NCBI GenBank assembly: GCA_951406725.2
Contig: OX597821.1
Coordinates: 61,814,001-61,878,000, forward strand
DNA length: 64,000 nucleotides
Reading direction: 5' to 3'
Origin: Octopus vulgaris
Taxonomy: Eukaryota
The notes under the pieces: model-generated
The model's input: the letters and a program-made list of their open reading frames with translations, nothing else
What the model was told of the DNA's origin: nothing
The model's database searches: none
Position numbers and translations under genes: made by a program
Shown here: positions 16,310 to 28,585 of the stretch, in pieces
Numbering within the stretch: position 1 is the stretch's first letter
Layout of the letters: the number at the start of each line of letters is the position of its first letter

Positions 16310-17341
16310 ATATATAAAATAAAAATTCCCCAAAACAAAAATATAGCATTCAGCCAACACATAGATACTTGCGCCAACAACAAAACATCAAGCTTCAGGA
16401 TTTTCCCCCTATATCAATTCAGGGACGATACAACCTCGAGACAACGAATAAGTAAAGAAACTCTCTTTATTACAAAATGCAGGCCACTTCTTAACGGATC
16501 TACGACAAGCGATATATACACCTCAGCTTTAGAATAACACAAATACACACGCAAATATTACATTCCAAAGAATCCATTACAAATCAGCCCCAATCACAGC
16601 TATAACCCATAACGGGCCAACTTCAAGTCATACAACACCTCACTACTTCATTCATATTCTCCCTTCTCTTTCTTCTTCTTCCTCTTCTTCATCATCATCA
16701 TTATCATCATCAACATCGTCATCATCTTCTTCTTCTTCTTCTTCTCTTCTTCTTCTTCTTCTTCTTCTTCTTCTCCTTCTCCTTCTCCTTCTCCTTCTTC
16801 TTCTTCTTCATCATCATCATCAACATCGTCATCATCATCATCGTCATCATCACCTTCTTCTTCTTCTTCTTCTTCTTCTTCTTCTTCTGCTCCACCTTCT
16901 AATTCTTAACTTAATCACTAATGCTTTTTAGTATAACACCTACGCAAATTCTATAAACAAACCTTTCAATAGAAATATTCTCATGAATTGAACTGCAACT
17001 GCTAGCCGCCACTGACCATTCAAAATACGACAATCAAGGCACTCCCAAATTTTCCCACCCCTTCTCCTATCATCCGTCTTCTTCTTCTACCCTACCAAGA
17101 ATTCACAACGACCTCGAACCCACAAGTGTAAACAAGAGAGACAGAGAAAGGCAGAAACAAGGAAATGCCACTTATATTTGAACACTATATAAATATTCCT
17201 TTAAAAACACTTTCCTTTTAATTTTTCTAAAGTTAATTAATTAATCGGTACAGTTGAAAAGGTCTCAAAATGACCGAAACCGGTATTGAAATGTTATTTA
17301 TAAAATTATTTTAGCATTTTCTATCTTGACTTGTATTTTCA
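16310..17341 (+). mobile_element. Penelope-like element 3' part (GIY-YIG C-terminus, 3' UTR, terminal HHR)
   Basis: ORF 16301-16537 KIPQNKNIAFSQHIDTC..FRIFPLYQ..RISKETLFITKCRPLLN resembles the PLE endonuclease end (H...R..KE..FI...P.LN). HHR motif at 17251. The element ends in (TA)n. Confidence 0.7.
17251..17288 (+). ncRNA. Minimal type I hammerhead ribozyme, U3-A8 core variant
   Basis: cag TTGAAAA ggtc-tcaaaat-gacc GAAAC cg GTA ttg: 4-bp helix II, palindromic helix III ACCGGT, helix I cag/ttg (ctg in the 47864 copy). Confidence 0.65.
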
Positions 17342-17369
17342 TATATATATATATATATATACAGATATA

Positions 17370-17771
17370 CTTTTATTATTTTATTTGTGTCAGTCTTTAG
17401 ACTGAGGACAGGCTGGGGCACTACCGTGAATTTTTAGTCGAATTGATCGACACTAGGACTTATTTATCAAGTCTGGTACTTATTCTATCGTTTCTTGTGC
17501 TGAACCACTCAGTTACGGGGACCTAAACACACCAACACCGGCTTTCAATCGGTGATGGGTGGGAGGAACACACACTGAGACACACACATACATAAATCTA
17601 CATTTATAAAACGGACTTCTTTCAGTTTCCGTCTAGCGAATCCACTCACAAGCTTTCGTCGGCTTTAGGCTACAGTAGAAGACACTTGCCCAAGGTGCTA
17701 CACAGTGGCACTGAACCCAAAACCATGTGGTTGGGAAGCAAACTTCTTACCACATAGCTACGCCTTCACCT
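17370..17771 (-). mobile_element. SINE family B (tRNA head, CORE-like gcaccttgggcaagtg, internal microsatellite)
   Basis: The reverse complement matches 32890-33295 along its whole length. Confidence 0.88.
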
Positions 17772-17798
17772 TATATATATATATATATACACACTCAA

Positions 17799-18447
17799 TC
17801 GTCACTAAATGTGACTAAGAGGAGTTGAGGCACCTGCATTGCTAGAAATAGGAGTAGAAAGCTCCTTGTGCTGTAAGAAGAGTGCGAATATATACAAATA
17901 CACTGGCAGTGGGAAGAAACCACCCCATAACCGAACTGAGAATATCTCTGACTAGAGTCTAGTTTCACGTATTTCCGTACTCTTCGTCAGTGAGAGCTGC
18001 CCGATCGGCTAGCGGTGGCGAATTCCACTAGTCAGCACATATATATTTACCATATATGTATTTACAAAATATATATGTATTTAACATATAGGTATTTACC
18101 GTATTTACCATATTCACTGAGCAAATGTACGAAAATATTCGAAACTAGATGTCTAGTTTCGAGACATACTTGTTTTGGACATGGAGCAGTGTCGTCCTCT
18201 GTCAGCGTATGTGTATAAATTTGCAAACTTCTTACAGTACAAGGAATATTCTACTCCTATTTCTAGCAATGCAGGTGTTTCGGCACCCTTATTCACATTC
18301 ACTGACGATAGAAATTTTTTTAATATTATATTGCGCCTAGCTGTAAAACTACTATTTTCTTCCCTAAGCTTTTACTAATACTTTGCATGTACCATGTCCT
18401 CGTGTTGTTTTTTCTTGTTGTGCTTTCCTCGTTTTTTAAAATTAGCG

Positions 18448-18450
<3 letters not shown>
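17799..18450. mobile_element. Divergently oriented pair of HHR-bearing PLE-type terminal repeats
   Basis: 17799-17990 is an imperfect inverted copy of about 18115-18310 (cacctgcattgctagaaataggagtagaa / ttctactcctatttctagcaatgcaggtg). Confidence 0.7.
17945..17995 (-). ncRNA. Type I hammerhead ribozyme, near-intact
   Basis: Reverse complement: tctca CTGACGA agagta-cggaaa-tacgt GAAAC tag-act-cta GTC agaga. Intact core, 5-bp helix III, mismatches in helix I (1.1/2.1) and helix II. Confidence 0.7.
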
Positions 18451-18495
<45 letters not shown>

Positions 18496-18708
18496 CAACA
18501 CACATAAACTCTTCGAACCCAGTCGCCTAAGGACTTCCATGTAAAAAGCTATTTTGTATGATATCATGTTCATGCAATAATGTGTATAACGTGTGAAACA
18601 CTGAACAATTATTAGCTGATGCTAATGCACAGAAACAATTGTAATGACTTGAATTAAAGCCTTTTCATTCTACACATACTAACATACATAATACATATAT
18701 ATGTATAC

Positions 18709-18740
<32 letters not shown>

Positions 18741-18786
18741 ATATAGAAGTATATATGTACGTGTTTATACATGCATACACATTTAT

Positions 18787-18838
<52 letters not shown>

Positions 18839-19120
18839 ACTACTACTATTACGGCCAACGGTCACTTTCACGATTACAGCTAACGATTCTAGTCAACACA
18901 CAAGACAGCCATTATGTTCCATCCCCACAAAATACTACCACGTGGAGTCTGTTGAGACTAGTGAGAAATAATTATGAACATTTTTATTACACTTAACTTT
19001 TAAAAATATTTTTGATGAAGTTCGTTTTTTCAAGAAGAACCGAGACATGTAAAATCTCTAAGAAAATTAAAATTTATCTTATATAGTGGCGTTTGCAAAC
19101 TTCTTTTTATAAATATACAC

Positions 19121-19284
19121 AGATGCAGGAGTGACTGTGTGGTAAGTAGCTTGATTACCAACCACATGGTTCCGGGTTCAGTCCCACTGCGTGGCACCTT
19201 GGGTAAGTGTCTTCTACTATAGCCTCAGGCCAACCAAAGCCTTGTGAGTGGATTTGATAGACGGAAACTGCAAGAAGCCCGTCG

Positions 19285-19341
<57 letters not shown>

Positions 19342-19585
19342 GTATATGTGTTTGTGTGTTTGTGTGTGTTTGTGTGTGTATGTGTTTGTCTCCCAACATT
19401 GCTTGACAACCGATGGTGGCGTGTTTACGTCCCTGTACCTTAGCGGTTCGGCAAAAAAAGCCGATTGAATAATTACTAGGCCTACAAAGAACAAGTCCTC
19501 GGTCGATTTGCTCGATTAAAGGCGATACTCCAGCAGGCCGCAGTCAAATGACTGAAACAAGTACAAGAGTGACAGAGTAAAAGAA
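19121..19585 (+). mobile_element. SINE family B
   Basis: gcaggagtgactgtgtggtaag...gggttcagtccc (A and B boxes), ggcaccttggg, internal (TA)n(TG)n, tail cagtcaaatgactgaaacaagt. Confidence 0.9.
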
Positions 19586-19640
19586 TATGCACATTCGTAT
19601 GTCACCTAGACTTTTTATAAATATATATAAACACACACAA

Positions 19641-19740
<100 letters not shown>

Positions 19741-21180
19741 ATACATTCATAATTTTTCAGCTACTGTGAATTAGGTTCTTTAGTAGTGAAGAAGTTTTTA
19801 GCATTTTAAAGCATTCTTCGAAATATATTGTTTTCGATTTGGTCAACTTCAAACCACTTCATTCCGTTTCGTTTCTTTCGGATATATACTCTTAGTTGAT
19901 TGCGTTTATTGCATTAACTTCTCCATTGAGATTACAGCAAACTATAAAATTGAATGACTATAGAAATCTGTTCACATAACTAATCCGAAGAGAAAAGTTA
20001 CAAAGTCCATTGTAAAGTAAACATAATCATTTCTACTTCATTTATATTTTGCACAAAAAATTCTAATTTGTAAAAGGAAAAGAAAATTCATATGGGATTA
20101 ATGCTTCAAAGGAAAACAAAAGGAAAAAAAGATTTCAAAAGACTAAACTAAACATATATGAAAAACTTAAAACCAACACGAATATTTTGTGAGATTTTGA
20201 TGGTGTACTTCGTACCCAGTAAAGAAGAATATGACATGAGATTTGCTCTTGTTTACGCAACACTGAGCAGTTTTACACGCTGCATTTCTTCTGTGAAATG
20301 AAGCACTGACGAAACAGACAACTTCGCCTACACGTTCCTGAAAAAATCCTGGGAGCTAATGTCCACTTTTGTATTATCTGTAATTAAATATATCGTATTA
20401 TCAAAGAAAAAAAAGAAAGAAAAATTAAAAAATAACAATCTCTTGCTTTAGTTTTGTGAAAGATAACTTGTTCATTTTGCTATTTTATTTATAAACAGGT
20501 TGACGCAGTCTTCGTTATATTAAGATGCTTTGTTATTGCTTCCAGTGCTAGTTTTTCAGCTCCACTAAAACAGAGTGAACAGACCTATGATGATACGGAT
20601 TCTATTTGTAAATATTATTGCTTGTTTTCGAGAACGGCGTACGAGGGTGTATATGGATCAATATCTCTATCTTTAAGACAGAATGTTGTAATTAGTGGGC
20701 TTTTCCCCTGCTGTCACATGCAGAACAGACGACTGCGTTGATTTTCTAATGGATATCAATGTGCTTTAAATAGCTTATTCCGTGCACCGTATCTTAAGAT
20801 TCTTCTGTATAGCAAATTTAATAGAATATATAGTTTATCCTGTAGGCAATTTGCCGTTACCAGATAAGATGATGTAACTTCTTAGAAAATGCCAAATCAT
20901 TTAGATGAAGTCAAATTACTAAGAATAGAAGCCTTACTCTTTTCGAACAGAAAAAAAATACGTCCTGTATTATAATATTAAACAATCCTTGAGTAAAGTA
21001 TTACGGTAGACACATAAAAACATTCTACCATGTTCATGTCACACAACTGCAATTGTTGCGTTAGCATATTGCAACTATATAGATATATATTTGAAGAAAA
21101 TGTTTTGCAATTATCGACGAATAAATAAATAATGTATTGGTTTTTCTCAATATCTACACACACACACAAACACACACACA

Positions 21181-21214
<34 letters not shown>

Positions 21215-21592
21215 TATGTGTGTTCAGTGCCACTGCGTGACACCTACGGCAGGTGTATTCTATTACGGCCAAATGCTTCCGTTATTTGTGTTGGAAAGTT
21301 CCATGCCTTTGGATGATTCACCTGAACCTCAAACTCTAAATCGACACTTCTCTCAATTTGAGCAATAATTGATTCATATCTGTGATTTCTAATGAGTAAC
21401 CCTTCCCCTTTAGCATACCCCAGAAAACGAAATCTAGTGCAATAATTTCTGGTAATCGAGGAGCACATCCCAAACGGCCACGTCTCCAAATCCCATATAT
21501 TCAGATCTTATGGTTACCTTGTATTTCTCATCCTTATTCATATCTCTCCACTTACTCCACTGGAATCACCAGGATGTTCTTACACGCAGACA

Positions 21593-21624
<32 letters not shown>

Positions 21625-21734
21625 AGCGCGTGTTTGACGGGGCGTGTGCGAGAACTCGCATGGGTATATGTCTGTCAGTGTATTTGAATGTGTGCATGTT
21701 AAAAGAAGAATGATATGGGTAAAGTCTTCGCGGA

Positions 21735-22026
21735 TTCTTTTACACTAGGTTCGTGATTTATGTGATTAGGGCAATCGGATCACATTCGATTCTCGGCGGC
21801 GCGTTTTGTTCTTCAGCACTCACTTTATTTCACTTTACTCCAGTCCACTCAACCCGCAAAAGTGAGTAGTACCTGTATTTTGTGTCATGCTGAAGATGCG
21901 TGTGAACTTCAATAAGTGCACGCGTGACTGTGGAGTGCTCAACCACATCCACGTTAATTTCCCGAACAGGCTGTCCCGGTGATCTGATCAACTGGAACCT
22001 TCGTCGTCGCAAGCGACGGAGTGACA
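21735..22026 (+). mobile_element. SINE related to family D with a different 3' half
   Basis: ttcgattctcgg B-box, actttatttcactttactccagtccactca shared with 4015-4238, 3' hairpin cgtcgtcgcaagcgacg. Confidence 0.6.
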
Positions 22027-22048
22027 GTCAGTCAGTTAGTCAAATATA

Positions 22049-23293
22049 TTAGGTTGAGTAAAAAGTAAGCAACGTTTTGAGCCATAAAGAATTTGTACCG
22101 GATTTTTGCAGATGTTTGAATTTAAAAAAAAACAACAAAATTTTGCAATTGTCATACATAGACTTGCCGAAATACATAAATAAAACAACATTGATATTTT
22201 CTCACCGCTGTTACAATCATCTGAAATAGAACTGCCAAAGCAATTTTGTATTCAACTTCAAAAAAGGATGTAAAGCATCTGAAACTGCTCGTAATATCAA
22301 CGAAACATTGACCTGTAAGTGGTCAGCTCAAAAATGGTTTAAATGATTTCGAAGTGGAGACCTGAACCTTGAAGATCGTGAGCGTAGTGGATGCCCATCT
22401 GGCATTGATGACGGTCAATTAAAGACCATCATTGAGAAAGATCCACGTAAAACCACTCGAGAACTGGCAATAGTAATTCAAGCCAGAAAACTGCCTGCAA
22501 CCATTTTCATGCGATTGGAAAATCAAAAAAGCTCAACAAATGTGTACCACACGATTTGAAAGATAATCAGAAAATGCGCAGATATGAAATTTGCTCTTCA
22601 CTTCTTCTCCACAGATAGACAGATCCATTTCGTGACCATATTGTAACTTGTGATTGAAACTGGATTCTGTAGAATAATAATAAAACGTTCTTCGCAGTGG
22701 TTGGACCAAAATCAAGCACCGAAAACCTTCTTGAAACCCGAGCTCTTTAAAAAGAAGTTTATGGTGACTGTTCGGTGGTGTACTGCTAGACTCATCCACT
22801 ATAACTTCTTAAAAGCCGGAAAAACCATCACTACAGAAAAGTATTGCCATGAAATTGCTGAAATAAACGAGAAACTGCTACTCACCCGTTCTACACTGGT
22901 CAACAGAGGAGGGCCAATCATACTCCATGACGATGCTCGACTACACGTTTACCTAATGACTCTCCAGAAGTTGAGGGAACTTGGTTACGAAGGTATTCTT
23001 CTCCCAGCTTATTCTCCAGACCTTTCTCCTACCGACTACCACCTATTCAATACCTTGATGGTTTCTTGCGAGAGAAGTCGTTCAATAATCAAACCAATAT
23101 TGAAAGTGCGTTCAAAGAGTTAATTAGCTCCAGAACTTCAGATTTTTATGTTGCTGGAGTAAACAAACATGTAACGCGTTGGCAAAAATGTGTTGATTGT
23201 AATAGTACATCCTTTGATGAATAAAATTTCCGCATTGTTGAAACACACTGAATTCTATGTTTCAAAACGTTGCTTACTTTTTATTCAGCCTAA
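22049..23293 (+). mobile_element. Full-length decayed mariner transposon, cecropia/Hsmar1-like
   Basis: TIRs ttaggttgagtaaaaagtaagcaacgttttga / tcaaaacgttgcttactttttattcagcctaa, TA on both sides, 1245 bp. Transposase remnants CVPHDL, ILHDDARLH, PAYSPDLSPTDYHLF with stops and frameshifts. Confidence 0.93.
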
Positions 23294-23299
23294 TACATA

Positions 23300-24056
23300 C
23301 ATGGTGCTGTGAATTAACTGGCGTCTAAACTAGGCAAAAATAAAAATATCACTGACGTCGCATTTTCCAAACGCATTACCAAAATTACATAAAATCTTGA
23401 AAAACTAAAGTGTAAATACATTCAATAAAATCGACATTGGCTTCAACCACGGCCTCCAGACTAGTTCGAAATCTGCTGCAACACTTCTGGACCGTCTCCT
23501 CGTTTAAGTTGGCGAATGTAGCCATAATCCTTGTCTTCAATTCATCTTTGGTGTTATAAGGTGTTTTATGGTCTCTCGCTCAACTACGCTCCACACATAA
23601 TAATCAAAGGGGTTGCAGTCTGGGGAATTAGGTAGCCAGATGTTAGGGGTGATGTGGTCGCAGAAATTATCTGAGAGCCTTGACTGGGTTCTCCTGCTTG
23701 TGTGACTTTGTGTAGAGTCCTGTTTCCAGAAATAGGGTCTTCCAGCAGCCACCCTTTTGATCCAGGGCAGCATTACCTCCTCCAGGCACTTGATGTGGAT
23801 CTCTGTGTTGTACGTCCTCAGACTGACATCTAAACACTCTGAAATATTCGTATTGGAGATTCCGGTGCGAATGTGAAGAAGTACAGCATGTCGTTTACAA
23901 ATTTCTGGCAGACTGAATCGAGTCATTGTGGTGTTTTTCACAGAGATGGTGTTCAACTGACGATACGATATTGTGTTGTCGACAAAATAAACAAAAAACA
24001 ATGCGCATGCACAAAATAAAAATATGTAATGGCGACAATTTACCCATCGTACCCCG
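23300..24056 (-). mobile_element. Internally deleted Tc1/mariner element, maT/DD37D-like
   Basis: ORF 23537-24067 has KQDSTQSHTSRRTQ..WLPNSPDCNPFDYYVW. The N-terminal HTH is joined directly to the late catalytic domain. Degenerate TIRs catggtgctgtgaattaactggcg / cgacaatttacccatcgtaccccg with TA flanks. Confidence 0.8.
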
Positions 24057-24076
24057 TACACACACATCTTTTGAAT

Positions 24077-24213
24077 AGGCGTAGGAGTGGGTGTGTGGTA
24101 AGAACTTGTTTTTCAGTCACTTGGTTCTGGGTTCAATCCCACTGCATTGCACCTTGAGCCGACCAAACCTTGAGAGTTGGACTTTGGTAGACGGAAAGTG
24201 AATGAAGTCCGTC

Positions 24214-24292
<79 letters not shown>

Positions 24293-24472
24293 TATATTTG
24301 TCTGTCTGCGTTTGCCGCCCCCCCCCTCATTGCTTGACAAGCGATGTTAGTAAGTTTACATCCCATAACTTAGCGGTTCGGCAAAGAAACCGATAGAATA
24401 AGTACTGGGCTTACAAAGAATAAGCTTTGGGGGTCAGTGAGTTCGACTAAACAAGTAAAAGAATAAAAGAAT
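24077..24472 (+). mobile_element. SINE family B
   Basis: Same head, internal microsatellite and tail as 19121, with small deletions. Confidence 0.88.
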
Positions 24473-24957
24473 ATATCATAGCTGGGTTGGGGTTAGTAGT
24501 ATTTGTAAGAAAGGTAGAAGAGAAGGAAAATAAGATTTGGTAATGAGATGTATAGGTGAGGCAGAATATTAACATTTTCGGAAGTAAGGTATGACTACAA
24601 AACATGTATGAACTGGTGGAGTTTACTTCATGCGTCAGTCACCAGTGTACAATAAACTTTCCTCCAGTATTTACAAGACTTTAAAGACTTTCATCGTTCC
24701 ACACTATCTTCTTGGAAAGAAAAACTTATATAATTAATGACAGAGTCACCCGTTGAGTAATTGAAATGTTTATTTCCTTGTATGAACGTATCATTTTTCA
24801 TAGTATTTATAGCAATTTCTTATTTCTGCAAAAGTCTAGGAATTTTTCAGTGGGAATGTATTCGGCGATTACAAGATGCCCGCTACCAGACTGGTACGTT
24901 GGTTTATCGATCTCGCTATGATGAAAGACAAATTTCACCCAGGTAGTATAGCAACTG

Positions 24958-25255
24958 TGGAGGCGCAATGGCCTAGTGGTTAGGGCAGCGCATTCGCGGT
25001 CGGAGGATCGCGGTTTCGATTCCCATACCGGTCGTTGTGTGTGTTTATTGAGCGAAAACAACTAAAAGCTCCACGCACTCCGGCATGGAGTGGTGGCGAC
25101 CCCTATTGTACTCTTTCACCCCAAAATTCTCTCACGCTTCCTTCCTGTTTCTTCAGTAACGCTGCGATGAACTGGCGTCCCGTCCAGCTGGAGGGGGGGA
25201 TACATACGAGCCCGTGAGCCTGGCTAGCCTTGAAAAGGGCGCATAAATAAATATG
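24958..25255 (+). mobile_element. SINE family C (tRNA-derived head, ctgcgatgaactggcgtcccgtccag domain)
   Basis: tggcctagtggttag A-box and ggtttcgattccc B-box. Second copy at 40396. It interrupts a degenerate family A copy. Confidence 0.85.
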
Positions 25256-25529
25256 TAAATAAACTACGAATGTGAAGAGCCTCTTAGCAGTTTGTCTGAC
25301 GCGTTGATGATTCTGCCATCTCGCCGCATTCGTACCATATATACTACTAATGATTTGACTCTTAAACTATCTTTGACAAAGGATATTCGCAAGTGAAGAG
25401 TATTTAATATATTTGGAGGGTATTCTATGAATTGTTCCTGGGGACCAAGGCATAACCATGTAATTCAAGCAATCAGCTGCACCAGCAGGATATAAATAAC
25501 TGTTTAAAACGGGTAGCATTAGCAATAGG

Positions 25530-25747
25530 TCTTTTCTACTGTAGGCACAATGCCAGAAATGTTTGAGGAGGTGGGGGGCAGTCAATTAAATCGACCCCAG
25601 TACACAACTTGTACTTAACTTATCAACCCCGAAAGGATGGAAGGCAAAGTCAACCTCGGCGGAATTTGAACTCAGAACGTAAAGATAGACGGATACCGCT
25701 ATGCATTTCTCCCGGCGTGCTAACGTTTCTGCCAGATCGCTGCCTTA
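25530..25747 (-). mobile_element. SINE family A
   Basis: gaaaggatggaaggcaaagtcaacctcggcggaatttgaactcagaacgt...gtttctgccag. Confidence 0.88.
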
Positions 25748-25993
25748 GCCTCCTGAAATATTAACGTACTAAACAATTCTTTCTGTTTTAATATGTACCA
25801 ACGAAGAAAACCAAGACTGACCCTAACAGAATTAGCCTTTTCACAGCAAAACTAGCTAGCAAAACATGCAATGGAATATAAGACCTAAGACTGAAACATT
25901 AATGTAAGATCTATCTATGTGAAGCGAAATAAAATAGAGGGTAACCGAGGTAACTCACAGCACACAGGATGAAACCTAAATAATAAAACAGTA

Positions 25994-26239
25994 CAGTAAT
26001 CCCTCGATTAGCGCAGGTGTTACATTCCAAAAACACTCGTGATAGGTGAAAATCCGCAAAGTAGAAACAGTACTATATATTCTGTATATTTTATAAAACT
26101 ACTTTTATAATTTGTATATATTAATTTTATTATAAATTCAAAACAACACTACGGAGGCATCGACGTAAGCTTAACTAATCGACGTAAGCTTAACTAATAA
26201 ACTGCAATATGTGAACCGCGATATGGCGAGGGATTACTT
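25994..26239. mobile_element. pogo/Tigger-like MITE
   Basis: Termini ta|cagtaatccctcg and cgagggattactt|ta, 246 bp, non-coding. Internal 19-bp tandem duplication atcgacgtaagcttaacta. Confidence 0.8.
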
Positions 26240-27039
26240 TATAAAAATGAACGTAGACATTCTGCAGCAAAAGAAATGTTTAAATCAAATCAGCGAGGTG
26301 ACAGACAGAATAAGCTCAAACTTGCCAACCAATAATGGTTTTGAATTAAATCGAAGTTATATTTCATGATTATTAAGGAACAAGTTAAAACCGGGTTAAT
26401 TAATAACACCATCAGAAATTCAAGCAGACTTGTATAGAATAGATTGCAATTTCAGTCAGCAGAATATGCGAAAATCACAGCGAACAATAACTGAAGTGGG
26501 AAAATTCAATATGAAATCCAATATCACCCCAGTTTGATGTGCAATAACAGACAACGGACTCGCGAGAATATTGACAATTGAAAATCAGATGAGAACACAA
26601 GAAAAAACTCTTTTCACTCAGTACTGACTCGAGCACCCGAGTAGGAACCTTTTGATAGGGGCAGAGACCGCATCTAAATGCTTGCTAAATGGGTATACAC
26701 CACCCATCCACTTTCAAAATAATAGACTTAGGTAGTGCAGACCTATAATTTTGGTGTAGTAACATCGTAAAATATCTTTGCAATAATTATTTATTTATCT
26801 GAAGCAAAATAACATCACAAAAACAAAAAAAGAAATGCAAGAGCAGTGAATAGCTCCAGTTATATGAGCAACTGCTATAAATGGAGCGGATTATAGGAAA
26901 AAGAAACAATCTGAAAATATACATGACCATATCTAGCATTCAATACGGAAATGCATTTAGAAGTGAACTCTACACTTTCACATGAGAGACACCACACATA
27001 ATTAACGAGAGTGTGTGCATATTCATATATGTATGAATG

Positions 27040-27074
<35 letters not shown>

Positions 27075-27076
<2 letters not shown>

Positions 27077-27340
27077 TTTTACTATTTCACTCTTTTATTT
27101 GTTCCAATAATTTGATTGTGGCTATGCTAGAGCACTGCCTTCAGTCGAAAAAAATGGACCCACGATTTATTCTTTGTAAACCTAGTACTTATTCTATCGG
27201 ACTAAGTTACGGGGATGTAAACACACCGGCATCGGTTGGCAAGCGATGTTGGAGGGGACAAACATAGACACACAAACATATACATACAGACCAAACCCTT
27301 GTGAGTGGATTTGGTAGACGGAAACTGAAAGAAACTCGTC

Positions 27341-27386
<46 letters not shown>

Positions 27387-27548
27387 GACGAGTTTCTTTC
27401 AGTTTCCGTCTACCAAATCCACTCACAAGGGTTTGGTCTGCCCGAGGCTATAGTAGAAGAAAATTGCTCAAGGTGCCACGCAGTGGGAATGTACCCGGAA
27501 CCATGAGGTTGGTAAGGAAGCTACTTAACACACTGCCACACCTGCGAC
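27075..27548 (-). mobile_element. SINE family B with an internal perfect fold-back duplication
   Basis: Family B reverse complement. 27287-27341 is an exact inverted copy of 27386-27440 across (TA)n. Confidence 0.88.
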
Positions 27549-27565
27549 TATATATATATATAGCA

Positions 27566-27641
<76 letters not shown>

Positions 27642-28159
27642 CAGAATAATGTATATTACATGTAATGACTGGAAAAAACTTCGTATCTCTAGAAGAAAAA
27701 AGACAATAATAACGTTGAGACATGTCTCCATAATGAAAAGAACTTCTCAAAGGCAATTCATTATGACATTTCAGATAAAATATTACAGATACTATGGACT
27801 ATTTTAAATCAGCTCCTCTAAAGTGATGCTTTAAAAATATTTACAAGAAAAAATGATTTACGAAAATCTAATGCTAATACAGCAACGTATAAAATAGTGG
27901 TAGGTTTAATGGAATGCATTGAAACTATGATGAGAATGTGAACGTCTGAATTATAAAAAAACAGTCAATTAAATCAAGAGTTACCCATAAAATATTCTGG
28001 AGAACTTGAAAGTGATAATATACAGCAGACAAGTAACGAAGAGGACTACATATATATTGAAAAACACACAGAACGCAGCGTGTATGATAACCGTTATTAA
28101 CCCACTCTATTTCATTCAGTAATAAAATATTGATTCAATATAATAAACTTGATGGTAAG

Positions 28160-28203
28160 TGAATGAACGTGTATGTATGCATGTATGTATGTATGTGCTT
28201 ATA

Positions 28204-28267
<64 letters not shown>

Positions 28268-28370
28268 TATATACATATATATAGATATATACATATATAC
28301 ATATACACACACACACATATATATATATATATACATATATATACATATATACATATACATATATATATAT

Positions 28371-28417
<47 letters not shown>

Positions 28418-28535
28418 GTATGTATGTGTATATATATATATATATACGATACAATCGAGAAAAGATAATATTGGAAACAAATAGAAATAGAGGAGTGTAA
28501 TAAACAACGTGAAGACAACAAGAAACTTTACTATA

Positions 28536-28582
<47 letters not shown>
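28160..28582. repeat. Compound (TA)n/(CA)n microsatellite field
   Basis: Seen directly in the sequence. Confidence 0.95.

Positions 28583-28585
<3 letters not shown>

Noticed and set aside
20170-20345. Minus-strand exon after a ttttttcag acceptor-like site
   Set aside because: The 56-aa translation matches nothing I recognise and no partner exon could be linked.
24958-25032. tRNA gene
   Set aside because: It has A and B boxes but imperfect acceptor and anticodon stems and continues into a repeat body shared with 40396, so it is a SINE head.
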